A stretch of DNA of 64,000 bases. Origin: the human T2T-CHM13v2.0 reference genome, Homo sapiens. Below, piece after piece: positions 14,370 to 27,836 of this stretch (positions within the stretch are counted from its first letter, which is position 1; the number at the start of each line of letters is the position of its first letter). Both the position numbers and the translations under genes were made by a program. The DNA lies in NCBI RefSeq assembly GCF_009914755.1, contig NC_060927.1. One strand, written 5' to 3'. The notes beneath the pieces are model-generated. The model made no database searches and was not told where the DNA came from. It saw only the letters and a list, made by a program, of their open reading frames with translations.

Positions 14370-14640
14370 TATTGATGCCATCTGTGTATCAGACATTGTT
14401 CTAAGTGCTTTGATATAGCAATAAAGAAAACTAGTGAGGGAAGACCAAAAATAATCAAATAAGTCAATAAAAAGAAAAGGTCAAGTAATAAAAAGCATTG
14501 TGAAAAAGTTAAAACAAGGTGAACTGACAGAAAATGACTAACGGTGTGGCAAAGATTGGGTTGTCTGTGTAGGTTTCATATAAGTTGAGACCTGAATGTC
14601 AAGAAGGAGGTGCATATCTGAAGGTCTAAGAAACATGAGA
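14370..14640 (-). mobile_element. L2 fragment
   Basis: tattgatgccatctgtgtatcagacattgttctaagtgct...aagttgagacctgaatg. Confidence 0.6.
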
Positions 14641-14879
14641 TAAACTCCACAGGATATTTGAGTAATATCAAGATGCAAGTTGGGCATCTTGACTGTTTAC
14701 TTCCTTAGGTTTACTTTCTTCTCTAGAACTGGACACTGCTTTTTTATTCTTTCTCTCATTTTACTTATTCATTATTCACTAAACCAAAAATATGTATTAA
14801 CAGTTTACTGTGCACCATTCCCACTTTTAGTGCTAAAACATCTTTGAAAATTAAACTATTGATAGGCTAGCAATGAAAA

Positions 14880-16280
14880 ATGAGAAATTGAAATTTAATA
14901 AGTACCACTACAAGAATATAAAATACATATAAATCTTACAAAATATATTCAGGATCTACATGCTGAGAACAATAACATACTGATGAATGAAATCAAAGAC
15001 CTAAATAAAAGATAAGCCATATTCATGTACTGGAAGACCCAATTTTGTTCAGATCTTAATTCTTCCCAAATTGATCTATAGAGTCAATGAAATCACAATC
15101 AAAATTATGATAGGATATTTTTATAGAAACTAATGAGCTGATTCTGGAATTTATATGGAAAAACAAAGGAGGTATAGTAGACAAAACAATTTTGAAAAAG
15201 AACCAAGTTGGAAGACATGAAAAGATGCTGAAATCATTAGTCATTAGGGAAATACAAATGATAACTACAATGAGATTTTTCTATTTGTATATTAGAATGG
15301 CTAGGATTAAAGACAAACAAATAAAAAAACTGACATTATTAAGTCTTGGTGAGGATGTGGAATAACTCTTATACATTGCTTGTGAGGATGTAAAATAGTG
15401 ACACCATTTTGGAAAATAGTTTGGAAGTTTCTTATATAGTTCGACATAAACTTACTATATCATTCAGCAGTCCTACTCTTAGCTACATACACAAAAACCT
15501 GTATATGAATGTTATGAATGTTTATAACAGGTTTTTTTGGTAATTGCCCAAAAGCGGAAACAACTCAAATCCTCCTCAACTTGGGACTAGTTAAGCAAAT
15601 GGTGATGTAATCATACAATGGAGTATTCTTTAGCAATAAAAAGAAACAAACTACACAAAACAAAATAGATGAGTTTCAAATACATTATGCTAAGAGAAAA
15701 AAGCCAGACTCAAATGGTTACATACTGGCTGACTTCATTTATATGATGTTCTGGAAAAAGTAAAACTATAGAAACAGAAAACATTGGTGGTTGTTATAGT
15801 CTAGGGGTGGAGGAGGGTTTCTTTTTTTCTTCTTCTTTTCTTTACAGTAAGTCATGGGGGCATTTTTTTGAATGATGTAGCTGTCCTATATCTTTTTTTT
15901 TTTTTTTTTTTTTTGAGATGGGGTCTCTTTGTGTCGCCCAGTCTGGAGTGTAGCAGCGTGATCTCAGCTCACTGCAACCTCTGCCTCTCGGGTTGGCTTC
16001 AGCCCCCTGAGTAGCTGGGATCACAGATGTGCACCATCATTTTTTATTTTTGGTAGAGATGGGGTTTCACCATGTTGGCCAGGCTGGTCTTGAACTTCTG
16101 ACCTCAGGTGATCCACCTGCCTTGGCCTCCCAAAGTGCTGGGATTAGAGGTGTGAGCCCCTGCTCCTGCCTCCTATGTCTTGATTGTAGTGTTGGTTACA
16201 TGACTATATATGTTTGTCAAAACTTTCAGGGTCAGTTTTACTGTATGTAAGTTATGCCTTAATTTTCAAAAAACAAAAAT
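14880..16280 (+). mobile_element. Old L1 (L1MC/ME) ORF2 end and 3' UTR, interrupted by an Alu
   Basis: tcttcccaaattgatctatagagtcaatg, aaatacaaatgataactacaatgaga, ttgattgtagtgttggttacatgact. Confidence 0.8.
15893..16170 (-). mobile_element. Alu (AluS, small internal deletions)
   Basis: Poly-T and Alu body; TSD tcctat(a/g)tctt. Confidence 0.92.
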
Positions 16281-16380
16281 AAATTATAGAGGTATTAGAA
16301 TACAGTTTTCTTGTCTTTTTTTTGTGGTGTTTATGCAACAACCAACTACAATAAAATTTGGTGGTCTGTTAAACTTTATT

Positions 16381-17217
16381 TTTATTTTTTAATTTGTATA
16401 AATTTATGTGGTACAACTACAAGTTTGTTACATTCATAGGTTACATGGGGGTTAAGTTAGGACTTTAGGGAGTGTCCATCACCCAAATAATGTACATTAT
16501 ATCCATAAAGTAATTTTTCATCCTCCACCCCTCCCATGCTCTCACCCTTCTGAATCTCCATTGTCTATCATTCCACTCTGTACGTCTGTGTATACACATT
16601 GTTTAGTACCCACTTATGATGAGAAAAATGCAATATTTGACTTTCTGTGTCTGGCTTGTTTTACTTATGATAATGACCTCTAGTTCTATCCATATTGTTG
16701 ATTGCATTCTTTTTAATGGATGAATAATATTCTATTGTGTATGTTTATCACATTTTCTTTATTTAATCCTCCACTGATGGACACTTAGGTTGATTCCATA
16801 TATTTGCTGTTGCGAATAGTGCTGTGATAAACAAATGAGTGCAGGTATCTTTTTGATAAATTTCTTTCTTTTCCTTTCGGTATATGTCCAGTAGTGGGAG
16901 TGCTGGATTGAATGATAGTTCTATTTTTAACTCTCTGAGAAATCTCCATACAGTTTTTCATAGAGGTTGTACTACCACAAATAGCGTACATTTCCACCAA
17001 CAGTGTATAAAATGTCCCTTTTCTCTGCATCTTTGTCAACATCTGTTATTTTCTGTCTTTTTATTAATAGCCACTCTGACTGGGGTAAGATGATATTTCA
17101 TTGTGGTTTTAATTTGCATTTCTCTGATGATTAGTGATGTTGAGCATTTTTTAATATACTATTGCCATTTGTATGTCTTTTGTTAAAAGAAAGTCAATTC
17201 ATGTTCTTTGTCCACTC
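16381..17217 (-). mobile_element. L1MA-type 3' end, 5'-truncated
   Basis: Antisense L1 3' UTR; TSD aaactt(t/c)attt at 16371 and 17218. Confidence 0.88.
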
Positions 17218-17278
17218 AAACTTCATTTAAAAAAATTGCTGCCTGAAATGCAAAGGTCTGGGAGCCATTGGTTTAGAA

Positions 17279-17455
17279 CACTGCTTCTCAAAATGTGATG
17301 TCTAGACTAGCAGAATCAACATTACCTGGGAGCTAGATAGAAATGTAAATCCTCTGGCCCCACCCACCAAATCAGAAACTTTGGGGTTGGGGTCCAGTTG
17401 TCTGTTTTAAGAAGTCTGCCAGGTGGTTCTGAGGCACACTAAGGTTTGAGAGTCA
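17279..17455. mobile_element. MER5A (hAT-Charlie)
   Basis: cactgcttctcaaaatgtg...aatcagaaactttggggttgggg...aggtttgagag. Confidence 0.8.
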
Positions 17456-17479
17456 ACATGATGGTTCCTCTGCTTCGTG

Positions 17480-17702
17480 TGGCTTAGTATAGTACAGGCT
17501 GAGGAATTTAAAAAAAAACTAAAAACACCTACTTTTGAATTCTGGGTTTTTTCATTGTGTCAAGTATTTAATCCTTAGGTTTGATTTTTCTCATCTCTAA
17601 AATGAGGATTTTAATACCTACTTTCTAAGATTGTTGTTAGGGCATCAATAGAATAATGCCAGTAAAGTGCTTAGCACAGTCTGAAACACAGCAAAAGCTC
17701 AG
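17480..17702 (+). mobile_element. MIR
   Basis: tttttctcatctctaaaatgaggattttaatacctact...gtaaagtgcttagcacag. Confidence 0.75.
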
Positions 17703-18188
17703 TGTGATCTGATTCACATTCTTGAACTTCTTGTTTGTTTTTTGATGTATGCACAATCAAATTCATCTTCAGCAGGCATTTCAAACTGCGACCTGGCTAT
17801 TGCCATTGCAGTTATATGGGCAAGAAGCTCAAAATTCTTCATTAGATGTTTGCCTTTTCCCTAGTGTTTTCCCACAGACTTTCTGTTTGTTCTTGCTTTT
17901 TCTTAGACTAAGACAAAATGTTACTTGAGGAGAGAGACTGTGGTGTTTTGGAGGCTGAATATATTTCCATTTCACAGAACAATTATCTTTGTTTGCTTAT
18001 TTATATTTTAGTTAATCATTACTTGGGCATTTGCAAAGGTTGAATTAAAAATCAATTTAAATGAAAAATTAGCTGACTAACCTAGGGCAGAATATTCGCT
18101 AGCAGATATGAATATGAAACCTTGTTCTCCTGATTCACAGTCTACTTCCATAATCACATTACAAGTTTAAAATGTAGTGTTATAGGTG

Positions 18189-18190
<2 letters not shown>

Positions 18191-18220
<30 letters not shown>

Positions 18221-18227
18221 CGCGCGC
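18191..18227. repeat. (TG)11(CG)7 alternating purine-pyrimidine tract
   Basis: Read directly from the sequence. Confidence 0.98.
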
Positions 18228-18910
18228 TGAGAGAAGAATTTATTGGAAAAGGAAAGAGAGAACCACAGGGAAAAGAATATATAACTATCAAAGACAAGCA
18301 GGTAAAATTTAAAAAGTGCTATCTCTTAATTTCTCAAATATAGGGAATTAATAATTTTGTACCAGTTTATCAAGTGGGAATTACTGATTTTCAGGGAAAA
18401 TGTCTTTTTTTTTTTTGCAGCTAGAGTTGAGAGGTACTTGATATTATCCTTCATCTTCTGTTTCCTGCAGGTGGCAAGAGTTGTTTAATTATTCATATGA
18501 CTTAGTAATGTAACCATTTCACAAATAGGACTGACCTGCCAGGATATTTCACTAGATCGTTTTCACTCAATATGCTGGGGACTTACCTCCTTCTCTTGAT
18601 TGGGAAAGTAGCAAAATAGCAAATTTATTTCCTTTTTGAGAATGTTGACTTGTATATCTACTTCAATCAAATTTGAAAGTAAAAGTGGAATCTTTTGCAT
18701 TGATGACTTTTGATTCCACCTTGACTTGTTCCCCTTTGCATGGAAACTGTTATTGTGCTGTGATAATACTAATAGTAAATAAATACCAGTATATGGTTCC
18801 TACTTGAGATAGTATAATCAGCAACATATAAAGCCTATTTGAGTAGAATTTGAGAGGGCAGTTGAGTCATTTTCCACACTTGATAAGATATAAAGAAACA
18901 GTCTTTAAAA

Positions 18911-19193
18911 ATTATTATTACTTTATTTTATTTTTCCATAAGTTATTGGGGTACAGGTGGTATTTGGTTACATGACTAAGTTCTTTAATGGTGATTTGTA
19001 AGATCCTGGTGTACCCATCACCTGAGCAGTATACACTGCACCATATATGTTGTCTTTTATCCCTCGACCCCCTCCCACTCTTCCTCTCAAGTCCTCAAAG
19101 TCCATTCTATCATTCTTATGCCTTTGTGTCCTCATAGCTTAGCTCCCACATATCAGTGAGAACATACAATGTTTGGTTTTCCATTCCTGAGTT
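18911..19193 (-). mobile_element. L1PB1-like 3' end, short and 5'-truncated
   Basis: tttccataagttattggggtacaggtggtatttggttacatg...tttccattcctgagtt; approximate TSD aaagaa(a/g)cagt. Confidence 0.88.
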
Positions 19194-19377
19194 AAAGAAG
19201 CAGTGTCTTTTGCAGAAGAGTCAGCATATCACTTGAGCATATCATTTGTTTTTCCTTCTCCCAAAGGGAAAAAACATCCTAAAGAAATGGATATTTTCTC
19301 AACCATTTTGATCAATAATTGGGTAACTTACTGCATGTTAAGAGCTCTGTAAGAAAATATATTCTTCCCGTTTGATA

Positions 19378-19792
19378 GTGTGGTTGCCAAGGAGAGCTGT
19401 TCATATCTCCCTTTAAGAGAGAACTTGCTATTCTGCTACAGAGTGTGGGAAATTGACACCCTTCCTCTACAGTATTTTCTGGATTCTCCTCAGCTTTTGT
19501 TCAGGCTGAGGACACACTTTGTAAGTAGTCCACAGCAGTGACAGCATCACAGGGTTACTAGGGTCTGGTCATTTGTATTCAACATGAGATGAGACACCTC
19601 TAAAGGGTGATCTTTGCTTCAGAGTTCCCCACTGGGTTGACTGAGATTTAGGCTGATCTGTTTGATTATCTGAAGCTCTCCCTGACAAATCTTGCTTTTT
19701 GTTTTACCTTTCACAGACATTACTTCCCAATAAAACACTTGCACTTCTCACTTGTCATCTTGGCATATGCTTCCAGAAGAAAACAATTGACA
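19378..19792 (+). mobile_element. LTR16-like (ERVL) solo LTR
   Basis: tgtggttgccaaggagagctg start; cccaataaaacacttgcac...tgcttccagaagaaaacaattgaca end. Confidence 0.6.
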
Positions 19793-19980
19793 CAGGGCTG
19801 ATTGCTATAAAATTAAACAAGAAAATAGTATTTACCTTAAAGAATAAATTTCCCTTTCACCAGAACCCTTTCTATAGTTCCATCTCCTTCCCCAATCCAA
19901 ATACATCTGCCTTTGCATGCACAGTTATTTTACATAGTAAGATCTTGCAGTCAAGTGTGGTGATTAAGAGCAGATTAAAT

Positions 19981-20500
<520 letters not shown>

Positions 20501-20626
20501 TTAGTAATAGTAGTATGACCTTGGACTTTGGTTTTTACACTTAGCAATATATAGTGGGAGTCTTTCTGCCCTTCTCATCTACTTTCTTTTGTGAGGAAAC
20601 TGCAGTTATTTAAAATATAAAATTTA

Positions 20627-20940
<314 letters not shown>

Positions 20941-20955
20941 AAGTATAAAATTTGA

Positions 20956-21102
20956 TTTTTTTTTTTTTAAAGAGATGGGGAGTGGGAGGGTAGTCTCTCG
21001 CCATGTTGGTAGGACTGGTCTCAAACTCCTGGGCTCAAGTAATCCTCCTGCCTCAGCCTTCAAAATTGCTGAGATTATAGGTGTCAGCTACCATACCTGG
21101 CT
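20956..21102 (-). mobile_element. FLAM / Alu left monomer
   Basis: Poly-T then agagatgggg...aactcctgggctcaagtaatcctcctgcctcagcc. Confidence 0.88.
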
Positions 21103-21479
21103 GAAATTTGGTGAGTTTTGATATAAGTATACACTTGTGAAAACATCACCACAATCAAGACAGTGAACATATTCTTCACTCCTGAGGTTTTCTCATGTCC
21201 CTTTGTAATCCTTTACTTCTACTCTTCCCCACTCCTCTCTCCCAGGCAATAACTGATCTGCTTTGGTCATCATAGTTTAGTTTGGACTTCCTAGATTTTA
21301 TATAAATAGAATTATATAGCATGTGCTCTGTTTTGACAGATTCTGTTGCTCAACCTAATTATATATTCATTCATAATTTTGCATGTATCAATAGTTCATT
21401 TTTTTCTATTTGTGACTAGTACTCCATTGTGTAGACATACAATGATTATCCATTCACCTGTTGATGGACGTTTGGGTTG
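21103..21479 (-). mobile_element. Old L1 (L1MC/ME) 3' UTR
   Basis: acatcaccacaatcaagacagtgaacatatt...atccattcacctgttgatggacgtttgggttgt. Confidence 0.8.
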
Positions 21480-22840
21480 TGTATTAGTCTGTTTGGGCTG
21501 TCATAACAAAATATCATTGACTAGGCAGCTTAAAGGACAGAAAGTTATTTTGTCACAATTTTGGAACCTGATAAGTCCAATGTTGCAGGAAGTCAGGGAC
21601 CTTGAGTGGAGGGACTGGCTGGAGCCACGGCAGAAGAACATAAATTGTGAAGACTTCATGGAAATTTATCAGTTCCCAAAATTAATACTTTTATAATTTC
21701 TTATGCCTGTCTTTACTGCAATCTCTGAACATAAATTGTGAAGATTTCATGTGCATTTATCACTTCTCTAATAATACTCTTATAATTTCTTGTGCCTGTC
21801 TTTACTTTAATCTCTTAATCCTATTATCTTCATGCTGAGAATGTGTGTCACCTCAGGACCACTATTGTACAAATTGATTGTAGAACATGTGTGTTTGAAC
21901 AATATGAAATCTGATGGTAAAATATGTGTGTTTGAACAATATTTTGAAATTTGGGTGAAATCAGTGCACCCTGAAAAAGAACAGAATAACAGCGATTTTC
22001 AGGGAACAAGGGAAGATAACCATAAGGTCTGACTGCCTGCGGGGTCGGGCAGAATAGAACCATATTTTTCTTCTCGCAGGAAGCCTATAGATGGATGTGC
22101 GAGTAGGAGAAATATCGCTGAATTCTTTTCCCAGCAAGGAGTAACCCTGGGGAAGGAATGCATTCCTGGGGGTAGGTCTATAGACGGCCGCTCTGGGAGT
22201 GTCTGTTTTATGTGGTTAAGGACTGAAATATGCCCTGGTCTCCTGCAGTACCCTCAGGCTTACTAGGATTGGGAAATTCCAGCCTGGTAAATTCTAGTCA
22301 GACAGGTTCTCTGCTCTCGAACCCTGGATCCTGTTAAGATGTTTATCAAGACAATGCATGCACAGCAGGACATAGACCCTCATCAGTAATTCTAATGTTG
22401 CCTTGCCTTGTGATCTTTATTGCCCTTTGAAGCATGTGATCCTTGTGACCTACTCCCTGTTTGTGTACCCTTTCCCCTTTTAAAATCCCTAATAAAAACT
22501 TGCTGATTTTACAGCTCGGGGTCGCCATCATGGTCCTACCAATATGTGATGACACCCCCAGAGGCCCAGCTGTAAAATTTCTCTCTTTGTACTCTTTCTC
22601 TTTATTTCTCAGACCAGCTGACACTTAGGGAAAATAGAAAGAACCTATGTTGAAATATTGGGGGCTGGTTCCCCTGATAGTCCAAGACCAAGGTACTGGC
22701 AAATTTGGTTTCTGATGAGGGCTCTCTTCTTGGCCTTCAGACAGCTACCTTCTCACTATGTCTTTATATGGCCTTTCTTTGGCATGTGCACATGGAAGGG
22801 GTAGAGATCTCTCTTCTCTTCCTCTTCTTATGAAGCCATG
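21480..22840 (-). mobile_element. MLT1A-like MaLR LTR, split by MER11 and truncated
   Basis: tgtattagtctgtttgggctgtcataacaaaata...aagtccaa [MER11] gtccaagaccaaggtactggc...tcttcctcttcttatgaag. Confidence 0.8.
21581..22679 (+). mobile_element. MER11 (HERV-K11/HML-8) solo LTR, about 1.1 kb
   Basis: Starts tgttgcaggaagtcagggacc and ends gggggctggttcccctgata; polyA signal ccctaataaaaacttg; 6-bp TSD gtccaa, typical of ERV2. Confidence 0.92.
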
Positions 22841-22914
22841 TGAAGACATGGGGAAAGTAATGATGCCACCTTATATAAATATTAGCAAGAATAAATGAAT
22901 TATTATACATAAAA

Positions 22915-23288
22915 TATAAGCTTTTGTTTTATATCTAAAAACTCTTGGGCTATCTAAAGGTTACAAGGACTTTCTCTTATGTTTTCTTAGCTAAGTTTTG
23001 TTACAATTTTAAGTTTAGTATTTACACCTGTGCACCATTTTTGGTTAATTTTTGTACGTGGTATAATGTATAGGCCAAAGTTTATTTTTTTGCTTATGGA
23101 TATCCAATTCTTTCTTCTACCACCATTTGTTGAACACACTCTTTTGTTCTACTAAGTTGTCTTTGCCCCATGCCTATCTTTATGCCAATACCATATTGTC
23201 TGGATCCATGTATCTTTATAATAAATCTTGAAATCAGAATGTTAGCCCTCTAATTTTGTTTTCTTTTTTAAAAGTTGTTTTGGCTTAG
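22915..23288 (-). mobile_element. Old L1 ORF2 fragment
   Basis: tggatatccaatt...caccatttgttgaa...atgccaataccatattgtct. Confidence 0.75.
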
Positions 23289-26200
23289 AATGATGACTTT
23301 AAGGGTAGGTGGCAAAGGGAGAATTTAGCTTACTGCATTATTTCTCAAAGAGAATCAAGTCTAATTAAAATGTCACTTTTGCAGGAGAGCTTCATTCTGG
23401 GTCTTGGATATGTAATTGTTGAGCAGAATGCTTCATTGCAGTGACATCTGTGGTGGTAGCAGGTGCTTCCCTGGCCACCAGCCTGTTGAGAGAATTTGTT
23501 GATACAAACAATGTAGTTGGTAGTCAGTGACTCAAATCGCTTAGCATAAGGTCTGAACTTCAATTTTCTGAAACACTTTCTGTCTCATGGCAGGTTGATG
23601 GGAAGCTCACAGATACTGTGTGCTGTAGTCTTTAGCACCTTTAACAAGAAGATGCCACTAAATCCTCAATACCTGAGTTGCAGTGATGCTGCTCAGAACT
23701 TGCCTTGTTGGGACATTATTGGCTCCATTACTACTACCACTTCTCAAAAGCCACATTGCTGCAAATTGAAGAAACAAACCCCAAACTCAACCCTAAGTCA
23801 ATACCCAGACAGAGTTTGAAGGACATGAAGTTCTCTCAGAGCTTTGGTAGTGAATTGGTGGAAGTGGGGCAGGTGAGTCTCTGGAGAAGGGTGTTGTGGA
23901 GAAGGTTGAGTTACTACTGATGGTGCTGTCATTAAACAGCCAGCTGGAGGTAGCAGGGGTTGGCTAGAGAGAGCAAACCCAGCTGCCAGTTTATTGGAAG
24001 AATGTTCTTAGGTTCACTTTCCTATAACATTTAGGAAGAGGGGATCAAAGATAATCTTAGAGGCTGGGCACTGTAATATCCCAGGTAAGACTGAAACCAG
24101 TCAAAGCATCTGGACAGGCAAGGACATCTGACAGTAGATGATTAATGAGCTGAAGATGGGGAGAAGCTGTGAGAAACAAGAATTGATTACAGCAAATGCA
24201 TAGTATCTGGTGCAGGAGGTTCATGGATCAATTAACACAGTCAGTGGATTTGATATAGTTTGGTTAGGGAAAAAATATGCTTTATAAATAAGGCATTTAA
24301 AGGATCTTGTTGCCAAACACCTGAAAAAATATATAATTATATTCAAATTGATTCTGCAAACAGCGAATCCTGACTGGGAGCTGGGAGTACAGTGATGAAT
24401 GGTAAGTCTTGGACTTTTGTCTTTAAGGAACTGTATAAAAGGCCAGGGTGCCTTTTGGTTCCTTTCTTCTTCATGCAGCTGTGTGGAGCAACACTTGTGA
24501 CTGAGGAATCTCATATTTTTCGGGGCCCATTACTGGAACTAGTCTTTATTAGAGAGTCAGACAGGAAGGGAGCAGAGCTCAATATGGAAAACCAGTCAAG
24601 TGCTTTCAGGCTCTTTTGCCTTCATTCCCCTCCTTCTTCCTCTAATGGCTTGCCTGGAAGTTGACAGTAAAAGAAAAAAAAAGAAAAAGGAAAAGAAAAG
24701 AAAACAATCAAAAGTTAACATTATACACTGTTCAATGTAGCTCTCAGAGAAAACTCTTTTTGTTTAGTGTGAATAATTGTTCCTTTTTGTTGTTGTTGTT
24801 GCATTTAATGGCTTTGACTTCTCAGTTTTAGTGAGCTGCCAATTTTCACTCCTAGGGAGGAAGAAAAGAATGAAAGAAATATGTAAACAAACAGGCAAAC
24901 AAGTAAACACACAGGAAAAAGTAAAATGCTCAGCATTTAGATTAGAGATGTTAGTTGATCACTGTGTTTGTGAACCAAAATTAGATACACATCAGATGTT
25001 TCTCAGATTTTGAGATGAAAATAATTTTATTTATCACAGGGAATTAAGCCTCTCAAAAGAGACTGTCTAAAAGTGCTGGATATATTAGAAAAGGGCTGCC
25101 ACATCCTACTGATAGCTGATAGTTATATAGCCCTGGATATTTGCTGAAAGTGATTAGGTATGATTTGGATAAATCATATAAAATTTAAAATTACAAAAAT
25201 TCAATTGGCAAATCTCATAGACTTCCTTCTAGCCTAACCAAACTCCTGAAGAAAAAACTATAATCCATGTTAAAATGTAAATAATAATAAAAGCAACTAT
25301 TGTCAGATGCAATAGAAATCTTCTTCTAAAGATTATTACCCCAAGAAATTCTTGCCTTATACATATGAGGGAGGTGACATATTAGATGGAGAAACTCAGC
25401 AATGACTTGACCGAGGACACATGTTAAGCTTGTGTCATATAAACAATTAAGCTGCAGTTTACAGATTCCCATCCTGAAGGCTCAGTTGTACAATGAATGA
25501 AATCAGCAAGTCCATCTATGCCAATTGACTCTCTTTCTTATCATAACTCTTTAAGTCTAGCATTATTAGTTTCATTTTTCTGAAGAGGGAGTTGTGGCTT
25601 AAAGCAATGAAATAACTTGCTTAAGATCTGATGTTCACTAAGGTATAGAAATAACTTTAAACCCATGACCAACTTTCCTGAATTCTTTATCTTTCTTCCT
25701 GTCTGCTAAGTTTCAAGAACTCTGCATGGGGCAGATTTTGTGTAAAGCCATTGTTGCTTTCAGTAGAGGACTCTGTTGTGTGTTCCCTGGCACATTAAAA
25801 AATATCCATCATTCAGATTGGCATGGCCATGGCAGTTACTGAATCTCTCAAGCAAGCAAGGTCATAGATTTGCAAGAGAATGCTTACATCTTCTTCATTC
25901 TTGATTCCAAGGGCCAATGTATTCATAGTATTTAATTTATTAAGGTCTGTCCAAATCCCACAAATAATGTAGAGAGAATATAAACAGATTTTATTGATGT
26001 GTGTTCTTTCTAGTTCAATTACTGGTAAATAAAATCCAAATACAGATAATCTAATATTATATCATGCTTAATATCTGACTTGCCTTTGTTTAAATTTAAT
26101 AGAAATATTTTAAAATTAAACTTTTGTAGAAATAAGATATACATATAATTGCTTTATATCTGAAACATCTACTCTTAAATATTATTACTTGCAATTGGCA

Positions 26201-27836
26201 GTTCACAGGTATGGCAGTGCATTAAAATAAGAATAATCAATAACATTTCTTATTTCAGCCTTTAGGATACATATCCTAGAGTTGAAGCAAGTATTTTTGT
26301 TTCTGTTTTCCTCATTTGATTCAGGATCTTCATCAATCTCAAATTTTCTCTGTTGTAATTTCTCCATTTCCAATTTGAAAATACCAATAAAATGACTTGC
26401 CCTCAATTAAGCTGATTTTTAGATTGATGATGATATGATTTGGGGAAATACAGAGTGCTAGATATATAACAATAGCAATAAAAATAAAAAGAATATTAAG
26501 TTTGTTTCCAATAAAAGAAAAAAAGGAAAAGTCTGTATAATTGTTCATTACTGGTAATTTATATTTAAAAGTTAGAGGTAGAAAACACTAAAGACACTAA
26601 ATATTAGTTGTGTTCAAATCCACTTGTTCTGTTTCTGTAGTATAGAATATCCCTTTATCAAGTGTTTCTTCTGTCTCTTTCTCTGTCTCTCTGTGTATAT
26701 ATACATGTGTATGTTGGATAACTGATAAAAACAAAGAAATAAAACTTAATATTAATAATAAACTGAAAGGGTCAGAGAAAATGAAAATTTTATTAATAAT
26801 TGGAGAAAATTAATTCACATAGAAACAATTATACGTTATATACTATTATGTTTGCTTTCATAATTATCATCATGTTAAGTAATATTTTCAATATCCTACT
26901 CTGTCCCATTCAAAACCTCAATATCGGGTATAAGCAAGTTCATAGTAATGAAAGGTTAATTAATGGCATTTTTAATCACTCAGTTATGCATATAGAATGA
27001 TGTATCTGTATTTACCATATGCCTGCTATTCTGAAGAGTCCTTTCAAATGCCTAGTATAAGTACATGCAAATTATAGAAAACAAAGTCAATTTTTTGTAA
27101 ATTATAATCAATGAAGAATCATTATATTTCTTTTACTAGGTAAGGGGCATCTCAGTATAGAAAAAGGTGCTTAGGCTCCCCCATTTATTAGCTATTTAAC
27201 CAAATTTTATCACCTGGAATTAACAAAATCTACATGCCTTTTTATTTTGTGACTATTGAAAATAAGGCATTACATAATTACAACCAAATGATCTCTGACA
27301 AAGTTAACAGAAATAAACAATAGGGAAAGGACACTCTATTCAGGAAATGGTGCTGGGAAAATTGGATAGCCATATGCAAAATAATGAAACTGGACCCATA
27401 TCTCTCACCATATACAAAAATTACACAAGATGGATTAAAGACTTAACTGTAAGACCTGAAACTGTAAAAATCCTAGAAGAAAACCTAGGAATAACTCTTC
27501 TGGACATTGGCCTATGTGAAGAATTTATGACAAAGTCCTCAAAAATAAATGCACCAAGTACAAGAAAAATATAAATGGAACTTAATTCAACTAAAAGCTT
27601 CTGCACAGCAAAAGAAATAATCAACAGAGTAAATAGAAGCCTACAAAATGGGAGAAAGTATTTGCAAACTATGCATGTGACAAAGGACTAATATCCAGAA
27701 TCTACGAGAAACTCAACTCAACAAAAAAGAAAAGCAACCCCATTTAAAAGTGGACAAAGGGCATGAACAGACATTTCTCAAAAGAAGACATACAAGTGGC
27801 CAACAAACATATGAAAAAATGCTCAACATCACTAAT

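Noticed and set aside
18400-18480. Two acceptor-like polypyrimidine-AG motifs
   Set aside because: No strong matching donor or ORF; such motifs are common in T-rich DNA.
21635-21945. Direct repeats (gaacataaattgtgaaga..., atgtgtgtttgaacaatat) resembling an array
   Set aside because: Internal tandem duplications typical of MER11 LTRs; not CRISPR-like, as there are no regular unique spacers.
23705-23920. ORF with a CAG/GTGAGT donor at 23872
   Set aside because: No recognisable protein similarity and no convincing acceptor; an isolated donor motif is expected by chance.
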